From Vicinamibacteria bacterium (GTDB lineage Bacteria; Acidobacteriota; Vicinamibacteria; Marinacidobacterales; Marinacidobacteraceae), in contig CAXXLQ010000004.1 of the NCBI GenBank assembly GCA_963668695.2, positions 960,001 to 1,024,000 on the forward strand: a stretch of DNA of 64,000 nt, given 5' to 3'. Made by a program: the position numbers and the translations under genes. Below, in pieces: positions 29,904-38,132 of this stretch. The notes under the pieces are model-generated. The model worked only from the letters and a program-made list of their open reading frames with translations. It searched no databases and was not told where the DNA came from. How positions within the stretch are numbered: position 1 is the first letter of the stretch; each line of letters starts with the position of its first letter.

Positions 29904-30332
29904 ATGACCGAGTCGCTGACCCTCGACCAGGCCGGCGTGCTGGAGGTCCTTCCCCACCGCGAACCTTTCCTGTTCGTGCACGGAGTCTCGGAGCTCGTGC
30001 CGGGCAAGAGCGGCCGGGGATTCGTGACCGTTCCGGCGGATCATCCCTACGCGCTGGGCCAACCCCACGTGCCGGCGGGGCTCATCATCGAAGCCATGGC
30101 CCAGCTGGGCGGCGTCGCCATGCTCTACGACCGGCGCAGCGAGAACCTGGTTGTCCTCTTCCGCTCGGTGAAGGATTTCGTCATGGAAAGGACGGTGGAC
30201 TTCGGCCAGCGTCTCGACCTCTTCGCCGAAGTCAGCCGCTTTCGGGGACGGTTCGCCGAGGTTCGGACCTCGGCCAGCACCGGTGGCGAACCCGTTGCGT
30301 CCGCCACGCTCGCCTTCGCGCTGCCCCAGTGA
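29904..30332 (+). CDS. FabZ/FabA-like hotdog-fold dehydratase
   Basis: LPHREPFLFV...PAGLIIEAMAQ. Confidence 0.75.
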   Translation: MTESLTLDQAGVLEVLPHREPFLFVHGVSELVPGKSGRGFVTVPADHPYALGQPHVPAGLIIEAMAQLGGVAMLYDRRSENLVVLFRSVKDFVMERTVDFGQRLDLFAEVSRFRGRFAEVRTSASTGGEPVASATLAFALPQ

Positions 30333-31624
30333 CCGCATTGCGAAACGCCGGCCCGCGCGCCCGGATCCCGCTGCTGTTCGGGGCCGTCGGACTCGTCGTC
30401 GCGGCGAGCGCCGCCGCGCAGGACTGGCCCGGGTTTCGGGGAGCGAACGGGGGCGGGCGAGTACCCGGATGGCCGGAAGAGATGAGCGATCCAGAGGGGT
30501 GGCCGGAGTCGCTGGAGCGGAAGTGGAAGATTCCCGTGGGGCTCGGACACGCAAGCCCGGTGGTGCAGGGCGACCGGGTCTTCGTCTTCTCCCGCGAGGG
30601 CGACGAAGAGGTTCTGCGCGCACTCCAGGCGGCGAGCGGTGAAGAGATTTGGCGGTCGTCCTATGCAGCCCCCTACACCATGAACCCTGCCGCGGTGAAT
30701 CACGGACCGGGGCCGAAGGGGACGCCCGAACTGGCCGCGGGAAGGATCTTCACGCTCGGGATCTCCGGGATCCTTTCGGCGTGGGACGCGAGCGACGGTT
30801 CGCTTCTCTGGCGCCGGCCGCCGGACCCTCGCTTCACCGGGAGCCATTGGCCGCTCTACGGCGCCGGCAGTTCCCCAAGGGCATTCGCCGGTGGGGAGCA
30901 GCTCCTCGTACACCTCGGAGGACCGGACAACGGGACGCTCGCCGCGCTCGAGGCAGCGAGCGGCGAAACGAAGTGGGAGCTTCGAGGCGACGGCCCCGCG
31001 TACGTAACTCCAACGCTCGCCGAAGTCGCCGGCGTTGCCGCGATCCTGACCATGACCGAGGAGCGCATCGTGATCCTCAGCCCGGAAGACGGCCGCCTCC
31101 TGTGGGAGATGCCCTTCACCACCCCCTACGACCAGAACATCGTCGACCCGGCGGTTCTTCCCGGGGGCGAAGTCGTCATCTTCGCCGGGCTTGGGAACCC
31201 GACCTTCGCGGTCCGCTTCCGGGGCGCGCCGGATGGCGGGCTGGCGGGGGAGACGGTCTGGGAGGCGGACGAAAGCCCCTTCTACATGAGTAACCCGGTG
31301 CTGGCCGGCGATCGTCTGATCGGGTTCTCCGAACGGAACAGCGGTCAATGGGTGGCTCTGGACCTGGCCACCGGAGCGGACATCTGGCGTTCGCCGCCCC
31401 GGTCGGGAGAAAACGCTGCCCTCCTGGTGGCTGGACGCACGGTCCTCGCGCTCACCGACTCGGCGGACCTCCTCGTTCTGGACGCGGCCGCCGCGCGCTA
31501 CGAACCCCTACGGACCTACGAAGTCGCCGAAAGCCCGACCTGGGCCCACCCGGTCCCGCTCGCGGGAGGTCTCTTGATCAAGGACGAGACTCACCTGACG
31601 CGCTGGAACTTTCGTCCAGAGTGA
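30329..31624 (+). CDS. Exported PQQ-like (BamB-type) beta-propeller protein
   Basis: Signal peptide, QDWPGFRG, GHASPVV, repeated G..W blades, WAHPV. Confidence 0.85.
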   Translation: MTALRNAGPRARIPLLFGAVGLVVAASAAAQDWPGFRGANGGGRVPGWPEEMSDPEGWPESLERKWKIPVGLGHASPVVQGDRVFVFSREGDEEVLRALQAASGEEIWRSSYAAPYTMNPAAVNHGPGPKGTPELAAGRIFTLGISGILSAWDASDGSLLWRRPPDPRFTGSHWPLYGAGSSPRAFAGGEQLLVHLGGPDNGTLAALEAASGETKWELRGDGPAYVTPTLAEVAGVAAILTMTEERIVILSPEDGRLLWEMPFTTPYDQNIVDPAVLPGGEVVIFAGLGNPTFAVRFRGAPDGGLAGETVWEADESPFYMSNPVLAGDRLIGFSERNSGQWVALDLATGADIWRSPPRSGENAALLVAGRTVLALTDSADLLVLDAAAARYEPLRTYEVAESPTWAHPVPLAGGLLIKDETHLTRWNFRPE

Positions 31625-31890
31625 CGGACTACGCCCACAGACCGCCTGCTAGGCTGCGTTCGGTGACTGAGCGAGCGAGGGCCTTCCTGCGGGGTATGGG
31701 GAGCCTGTTGGACATTTATCCCGAGCCCCGGCGTTACGAGGACCTGATCCCGAAGGGAACGGCCGAGGAACGCCTCGCGGGACATTGGCAGCGCGTCGGG
31801 CAGTACATCGCGGGCGCCATGCAGGAAGTCGATGACGAAATCGCTCTCCCGAAAAAGGAATCGCGACGCAAGCGAGCCCGTCGGCGCTAG
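31621..31890 (+). CDS. Small hypothetical protein of the type found upstream of DUF2335 genes
   Basis: GTG start overlapping the previous stop; AFLRGMGSLLDIYP...LAGHWQRVGQYI. Confidence 0.55.
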   Translation: MTDYAHRPPARLRSVTERARAFLRGMGSLLDIYPEPRRYEDLIPKGTAEERLAGHWQRVGQYIAGAMQEVDDEIALPKKESRRKRARRR

Positions 31891-32273
31891 CCACGCGGTC
31901 GAAACGCCCGGGGGCGGTTGGCCTTCGGATAGCACAGTTTCGCGGTCCGCTGCCGCCGCCGGCGGTCCTTGAGTAATACGACCGCCTTCTGGCGGGGGCG
32001 GCCGAACGCATCCTCCGGATGGCCGAGAGAGAGCAAAGAACTGGACACCACCTCACGAGCCAAGTCGCCTCCGCAACGGCTGCTGATACCAAACGCGGTC
32101 AGCATTTCGGCCTCATTGCCGTGTTGGCCGCGTTGGGCGTGACCGCATATCTCGGATACCTAGGCCACGCAGGTGCCGCCGGTGCCGTGGGCACTACCAC
32201 GGTCGTCGGTGTCGCGACCGCCTTCGTCCTTGGCAGAAAAGAGCCAGGCGCAAAGACAAGCGAGTCCGAGTAG
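31832..32273 (+). pseudogene. DUF2335 membrane protein pseudogene
   Basis: FRGPLPPPAVLE*YDRLLAGAAERILRMAEREQ with in-frame TAA at 31974-31976; upstream ATG at 31832 is out of frame; two C-terminal TM helices. Confidence 0.7.
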
Positions 32274-32486
32274 GGGTTCGTACGCCGCACCAATCCTCCG
32301 GCGTCGTCACCACGATTCTGATCGCACGCCCGGACAAACTACGCAACGGGCTTTGGCCGCGGCACAGTTCGCCCCCCGCGGGCGGCGATGCCGGCCAGAG
32401 GCCGGTAGTGCGCCGGTAGTGCGCCGGTAGAGCGGTTGTCGGGCGCCGTGACGCCGGTCCAGGGACATCTCCGTGCGCTTGGAGCC

Positions 32487-32846
32487 CTACCCGCCCTCGA
32501 ACCGCCGGCGGAGTCGCTCGACGCGCCGCCGATTGACGCCCAGGTCCCACGCGACGTAGATCCGCGACGCGGAACGGACGTGGATCAGACCCTGGCGGCG
32601 ACAGAGAAGAAACTCCAGGTCGTCCACAAACCCGACCAGGGTCCGGCAGCGGGCGTGGAGGTATTCATCCGTGGCGGTGGCGATTCTGGTCCGCGGGAAG
32701 TCCTCCACCACCCGCTTGAGGCGGGCGAAGGCGGCGTCCGGATCCTCCGTAGCGTCGAACGGCTCGACGCGGTGGCGAGCCGGGGCATCCTCGCGGCTGG
32801 AGACGCAGGTACAGAGCGCGGGGCAGGGCGACAGGTGGCCGGACAC
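32487..32846 (-). CDS. DUF1499 family protein
   Basis: LSPCP..CVSS...YLHA...GFVDDLEF...IHVRSASR...DLGVNRRRVE. Confidence 0.8.
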   Translation of the reverse strand: MSGHLSPCPALCTCVSSREDAPARHRVEPFDATEDPDAAFARLKRVVEDFPRTRIATATDEYLHARCRTLVGFVDDLEFLLCRRQGLIHVRSASRIYVAWDLGVNRRRVERLRRRFEGG

Positions 32847-33017
32847 GGCGAGCGAGAGTAACTGGGTGTTGGCGGTGGCACCATCCAGCGGGGAGCGTCG
32901 GGGTCTCGCCGTCCCCGGTTGCGTTCGGGCGGTGAGGATGAATGAGGCTGTGAGTTTCGCGGCCTGCGGCCGCGATGCCGGCCAGTTCTCCCGGTGGGGG
33001 CGTGAACACCGGCGCTC

Positions 33018-33240
33018 CTAGCAGCCTGTGGCAAAACCCACGCGGCCCAGTTCTCCCGGTGGGGGCTCGAGCGGCGATCCGTCCCGCCTGAACCGCCCCC
33101 CCACCGGGAGAACTGGCGCTCTGCGGCGCTCTGCGTTGCGTTTCGGTCGAAATACACTCGGTATTCCTCCCTCGCGCGCCTTGTCAGCCGGGCGCCTCGC
33201 CGCTCTCGGCGCTCACGTGGGTTTCACCACGGGCTGCTAG
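33018..33240. mobile_element. MITE, same family
   Basis: CTAG-CAGCCTGTGGCAAAACCC ... GGGTTTCACCACGGGCTG-CTAG; the right CTAG contains the stop of the 33237-34349 gene. Confidence 0.8.
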
Positions 33241-34349
33241 CCCAGACAGGTCTCCAGCGCATCCGCGGCCCGGTGGACGTCTGCCGGGGTCGTCCACCCC
33301 AGGTGGCCGAGGCGCAGGATCTTGCCGGCCAGCCGGCCAAGTCCTCCCGCCAGGACGATTCCGTGGCGCTCCTGGAGGGCGCGGGAGAGTTCGGGCCAGG
33401 ACACCCCCTTGGGGAGCCACGCCGCGGTCACCGTGTTTGAGGCGGTCGCATCGTCCGCAACGAGACCGAGGCCCATCGCGGACAGCCGCTCGCGAGCCGC
33501 CAAGGCGGCGTCCGCGTGGCGGCGGAAGACGGCTTCGCGGCCTTCGCGGAGCATCAGCCGAATGCCGGCCTCCATGGCGAACAGGACCGGGAGTGCCGGC
33601 GTGAAGGGCATGGAACCGCGGGCCATCGCTTCCCGGTAGCGAGCGAATTTCCAGTAGTAGCGGGGAAGCGTCGCGACCCGTTCCGCCGCTTCGGCGCGCT
33701 CCGACGTCCAGACCATCGCCATTCCGGGGGGAAGTCCCCACGCCTTCTGGGAGGCGGTGAACACCGCGTCGCACGCATCCACCGCGAGCGGCATGGCTCC
33801 GAGGCTCGACACCGCATCCACCAGCACCAGCGCCTCCCCCTCCTCGCGGACGATGCGGATCAACTCCGGGAGCGGATGCCCGACGCCGGTCGAGGTTTCG
33901 GAATGGGTCAGCAACACCGCGCGGATCCCGGGCCGGACGCGGAGCGCCACCCGCAGCCGCTCGGGCGCGGCCGGCTCACCCCACGGCGTTTCGAGCGACC
34001 GGACGGCAAGCCCAAAGGCCTCCGCCACCCCGAGAAATCGTTCCGCGAACTGGCCCCCTCCGGTGCCGAGCACCAGATCGCCCGGCGACAACAGGTTGGC
34101 GACGGTCGCCTCCATCGCTCCGGTTCCGGAAGCCGTCAGCAGCACGGGCGGGCGGGCGGTCCCGAGGTACTCGGAAAACCCTTCCCCGACGCCGTGGATC
34201 AGCGCGCGGGCCTCCGGCCCCCGGTAGGAAATCATCGGCCGCGACATCGCCGCGGCCACTTCCGGATGGAGGGGGGTAGGTCCGGGAGTGAGCAGTCCCG
34301 AGGGAATCGGGGAATCTCCCGGGGAACGGCCGGAGGTCACTTCCTCCAA
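33237..34349 (-). CDS. Class V PLP aminotransferase (alanine/serine-glyoxylate family)
   Basis: LLTPGPT, SGTGAMEA, HSETSTGV, VDAVSSLGA, TASQKAW, LRLGHLG. Confidence 0.92.
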   Translation of the reverse strand: MEEVTSGRSPGDSPIPSGLLTPGPTPLHPEVAAAMSRPMISYRGPEARALIHGVGEGFSEYLGTARPPVLLTASGTGAMEATVANLLSPGDLVLGTGGGQFAERFLGVAEAFGLAVRSLETPWGEPAAPERLRVALRVRPGIRAVLLTHSETSTGVGHPLPELIRIVREEGEALVLVDAVSSLGAMPLAVDACDAVFTASQKAWGLPPGMAMVWTSERAEAAERVATLPRYYWKFARYREAMARGSMPFTPALPVLFAMEAGIRLMLREGREAVFRRHADAALAARERLSAMGLGLVADDATASNTVTAAWLPKGVSWPELSRALQERHGIVLAGGLGRLAGKILRLGHLGWTTPADVHRAADALETCLG

Positions 34350-34380
34350 AGCTGCGGCGCCGGGGACCTCGGTGGGCCGC

Positions 34381-35910
34381 TCACATCGTGAGGATCGCGG
34401 CGAAGCTGACGATGGAGCGAAAGAAGTGACCCAGACGGAGGTTTTCGTTCGGACTGTGCTGATTGTTGTCGTGGTTCACGGTGGGAACCATCAGCGCCGG
34501 AACGCCCAGGGCCTCGACGAAAGGTGCGATCGGAACCGTCCCGCCACTCGTGCGTTTCCGCACCGGCTCCTCTCCCCAGATTTCGGTCAGGCTGCCGATG
34601 AGCCGCGCTGCGACCGGATGATCGAGCGGAGTCCGAAACGCGTTCGTGCCCGAACCGCGGGTCAGACGAAGAAGACGTGGATGTTCCCGCCGCTCGGCGT
34701 CGGTCGGATCCCGATCCAGAATGAACCAGCCTTGCTCCCGGATGAAATCGCGGACCTTGGCAAACATCTCGTCCGCCGGGGTTTCGGCGACGAGACGCAC
34801 GTCGATCGCCGCCGTCGCGGTGGCCGGGACGATCGTCCGCGCGTCCGCACCGACCCAGGCGCTCGCCAGACCCCGCACGTTCAGCGAGGGGAACTGGATG
34901 GCTTCTTGCAGGGAATCTCCCACCCGATCAGCCTCCGCGAAGCCGAGCGACTGCATCAACGCCGGGAGATCGTCGGGTACCGCTGCCAGCGCCCGCCGAT
35001 CGTCGGAGCTGAACTCGATCCCGTCGTAGAAGCCGGGAATCACGACGCGGCCGCCCTCGTCCTTCATCGAGGCGATGAGCTGCGCCAACCGGACCGCCGG
35101 ATTGGGGGCCCAGTTGCCGTAGTGGCCGCTATGGAGCGGAACGCGGGGACCGTAGACGACGATTTCCAGGGTCAGATTCCCCCGGGCGCCGAAACTGACC
35201 GTCGGCCGGCCGCTCTGGTGCAGGGGCCCGTCGAGAATGAGCATCGAGTCGGCGGCGAACCGACTCCCGTAGCGGGCAATCGCGGGAACCAGACTCGGAG
35301 ACCCTGCCTCTTCCTCTCCGTCGAGGATCAGCTTCAGGTTGCTGGTGACGGTGATCCCCGCCGAGTCGAGCGCGTCGAGGGCGCCGAGAAAGGCGATGAT
35401 CGGCGCGGTGTCATCGGCAACCGAGCGCGCGTAGAGGCGGTCGTCGGGGCGGAATACCTCGCTCGCGTGGAGATCGAGGAGACCGGCGCCGTCGGCAAGA
35501 CGGCCCTCGCGCAGGACCGGCTGGAAAGGATCATCCTGTTGCCAGCGGCTGGGATCCACCGGCTGACCGTCGTAGTGGAAATAGATGAGCAGGGTCCGGT
35601 CGGCTCCGGCTGCGGGACGCTCGCCGAAGACCAGGGGGTTGCCGTCGGTTTCGAGGAGTTCGGCTTCAAAACCGCGCCGCTCGAGCGCGGCTTCCAGATA
35701 CTCCGCCTTGCGCCGGATATTGACGGCGTCCGCCGCAACGGCCGGAATGGAGATTGCCTCGACGAGTTCGCCCACGAGCTCCTTCTGCGCTCCATCCACG
35801 TACTGCTCCACCGTGGTTCGAAGGTCCTGGGTCGGCGCCGGCGCGGCCAGCGCCGGGACCGCGGCCACAACGCCCGCCAGGACGCCCGCGAGAACCGCCC
35901 CGCGCGTCAT
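34381..35910 (-). CDS. Exported M20/M25/M40 metallopeptidase
   Basis: YFHYDGQP, YARSVADD, DGEEEAGS, LHSGHYGN, NNQHSPNENL. Confidence 0.9.
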   Translation of the reverse strand: MTRGAVLAGVLAGVVAAVPALAAPAPTQDLRTTVEQYVDGAQKELVGELVEAISIPAVAADAVNIRRKAEYLEAALERRGFEAELLETDGNPLVFGERPAAGADRTLLIYFHYDGQPVDPSRWQQDDPFQPVLREGRLADGAGLLDLHASEVFRPDDRLYARSVADDTAPIIAFLGALDALDSAGITVTSNLKLILDGEEEAGSPSLVPAIARYGSRFAADSMLILDGPLHQSGRPTVSFGARGNLTLEIVVYGPRVPLHSGHYGNWAPNPAVRLAQLIASMKDEGGRVVIPGFYDGIEFSSDDRRALAAVPDDLPALMQSLGFAEADRVGDSLQEAIQFPSLNVRGLASAWVGADARTIVPATATAAIDVRLVAETPADEMFAKVRDFIREQGWFILDRDPTDAERREHPRLLRLTRGSGTNAFRTPLDHPVAARLIGSLTEIWGEEPVRKRTSGGTVPIAPFVEALGVPALMVPTVNHDNNQHSPNENLRLGHFFRSIVSFAAILTM

Positions 35911-37010
35911 TGAGCCCGCCCCGTGGTCGAACCCGGGTCGTCCGATTCCTGTTCTCCCAACTCACGCAGCAGAGACAGGTCCATGTCGAATTGGTAGATG
36001 CTGTCGGGGGTGGCGACCGCCATCGTACGGCTCCCGTTGAGCGCAACGCCCACCAGCGGCGGAGCGCTGATCACCCGCCGGGCACCGGTGGGGGTGAACA
36101 GAAACAGGCCGGCGTCGCCAGCGAGACCTTCGGCAACGAAACAACGGTCCCGGTCATCGAAGGCGATTCCCTGGGGCCGGCCAAAGCCGGAGTGCACCCG
36201 GCAGGGCTCTCCGTCCGGCCGGAACTCGACAATCTGGTCGCGGGACGACAGCGTGGGGCCGGAGACGAACAGATAGCCGAGCGAATTGAAGGCCAGGTGA
36301 TAGGCCGAAATCGAGGCGCGCAGGTGCGAGAACACGCTTACGTCGCCGTCGTCGCCGACCCGGTAGAGCGTTCCGTCACGATCGCCGATCACCAGCTCGC
36401 CCGTTGGGGAGAACCCGAGCCCGGTTGCGCAACCGAGATTCTCGGCGAGCATGTGGAAGACGCCGTCGTCACCCATCCGGTAAACGCACCCGTCCTCACG
36501 AGAGGACACGTAGAGCGTGTCGTCCGGCCCCCACGCCAGACCGGTGGGATTCACGATGCCGTCACCCATCGGCTCGGGCTCGCCATCGTCGCTCAACCGA
36601 TAGATCGGATGAGGGACCTTCTCACCGCGCCGGCCGCTGACCGTCGAATACAGATTGCCGCGGGGGTCGTACACCGGATTCGCGACAATGTGGAGATCCT
36701 CGGCGAGGAGTCGGCCGATGGTTACGCGGTAGGGCTCGGTTTCCCGGTCGTTCAGGCATACCCGGACATCGTCCCCGGCGCCATCCGGAACCTTCACCCC
36801 CAGTCGCGTTGAAGACACGCGGTACAGATGCGCCTCTTGGTCTCCGAAGAACACCCTGAGCCGCGGAGCCTGGTCTACGGCGAAACCGCGGCCCCCGATG
36901 TCCAACCGCCCTCCCGGGAGCGCGTAAAGCGGCCAGATCCGATCGATGGCAAGGCGCGGGCGCTTCGTCCGTTCAGCGCGCCGCGCGGGAGGACGAGCAC
37001 GAGGGGGCAT
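35907..37010 (-). CDS. IPT/TIG plus gluconolactonase-like beta-propeller protein
   Basis: N-terminal IPT-like segment; repeated P.GLA/GIAFD blades. Confidence 0.7.
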   Translation of the reverse strand: MPPRARPPARRAERTKRPRLAIDRIWPLYALPGGRLDIGGRGFAVDQAPRLRVFFGDQEAHLYRVSSTRLGVKVPDGAGDDVRVCLNDRETEPYRVTIGRLLAEDLHIVANPVYDPRGNLYSTVSGRRGEKVPHPIYRLSDDGEPEPMGDGIVNPTGLAWGPDDTLYVSSREDGCVYRMGDDGVFHMLAENLGCATGLGFSPTGELVIGDRDGTLYRVGDDGDVSVFSHLRASISAYHLAFNSLGYLFVSGPTLSSRDQIVEFRPDGEPCRVHSGFGRPQGIAFDDRDRCFVAEGLAGDAGLFLFTPTGARRVISAPPLVGVALNGSRTMAVATPDSIYQFDMDLSLLRELGEQESDDPGSTTGRAQ

Positions 37011-37040
37011 CTACGGCAGATTAGCAGCGGGAGCGGGAGG

Positions 37041-37530
37041 GAGCGCCGGTCTTCAGACCAGGAGCGCCGGTCTTCAGACCGGCATCGCTCCCCGCAGGGG
37101 AGCGAATCTCTCCCACCGCCAAGCCCCCGCATGACCCAGCCGACAAACAGCGCGGCGCAGCGCAATCCACCCCTGGGAGCGCCGGTCTTCAGACCCCCAC
37201 CGGGAGAACTGGCCAGCATCGCTCCCCGCAGGGGAGCGAATCTCTCCCACCGCCAAGCTCCCGCATGACCCAGCCGATAAACAGCGCGGCGCAGCGCAAT
37301 CCACCCCCTGGGAGCGCCGGCCTTCAGACCGGCATCGCGGCCGCAGGCCGCGAAACTCACGCCGCCATGTTCGTCCGTTGCCCGGACCTCTCCGGGGATG
37401 GCGAAACGCCGTACGGACGCGTGGGTGACGTCGCGCCATCCTCGTTGCCTTCTACGCCATCGAGGGAATGGCGACGGGAGTTTCGCTCCCGTGCGGGGAG
37501 CGAGGCCGGTCTCAATGAAGACCGGCGGTC
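37041..37530. repeat. REP/BIME-like cluster of hairpin repeats
   Basis: GAGCGCCGGTCTTCAGACCGGCATCGC hairpins and a duplicated ~134-bp unit (37082, 37216) containing GCTCCCCGCAGGGGAGC. The same hairpin occurs near 2218, 5790, 26230, 32970 and 60400. Confidence 0.8.
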
Positions 37531-37557
37531 CTCTGCGCGGTTAGGATCGGCGGTTTC

Positions 37558-38070
37558 ATGGCGACCGATCCCGCTCGGGACCAGACGGCGGCCCGTCGGT
37601 CCGGCCCGTCCACCCCGCAGATCGCGGTGATCGGCGGGTCGAATGCGCCCGCCGAGGTGCTCCGCGAGGCGGAAACGGTCGGGAGGGAACTGGCGCTCGC
37701 CGGAGCCAGCGTGGTCTGCGGCGGGCTCGGAGGCGTCATGGAAGCCGCCTGCAAGGGTGCCCACGCAGCCGGAGGTTTGACGATCGGCATTCTCCCGGGG
37801 GATGACCGGCGGGACGCAAACCCCTGGGTGACGTGCGCCATCCCCACCGGGCTCGGCCACTTCCGGAATTTCCTGGTGGTCCGCGCCGCGGACGGGGTAA
37901 TCGCTCTTCCGGGCGCAAGCGGCACTCTCTCCGAGGCCGCCATGGCGAGGACTTTGGGGAGGCCCGTGGTTGCCGTCCTTCAGCCCGCCGGAGGGTGGAG
38001 CGTCCCTGGAGCCACGGCCGCCGGGTCCGCTGCGGAGGCCGTTCGGCTGGTGCTGGCAGCCTGTGGATAG
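37558..38070 (+). CDS. TIGR00725 / LOG-family nucleotide-binding protein
   Basis: IAVIGG, VCGGLGGVMEAACKGA, TIGILPG, RNFLVV, GASGTLSE. Confidence 0.9.
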   Translation: MATDPARDQTAARRSGPSTPQIAVIGGSNAPAEVLREAETVGRELALAGASVVCGGLGGVMEAACKGAHAAGGLTIGILPGDDRRDANPWVTCAIPTGLGHFRNFLVVRAADGVIALPGASGTLSEAAMARTLGRPVVAVLQPAGGWSVPGATAAGSAAEAVRLVLAACG

Positions 38071-38132
38071 AGTGCCGTGGGCGCCGAAGCGGGTGAGGCC
38101 GGCGCCGGTCTCCCACCCCCGGGAACAAATCG

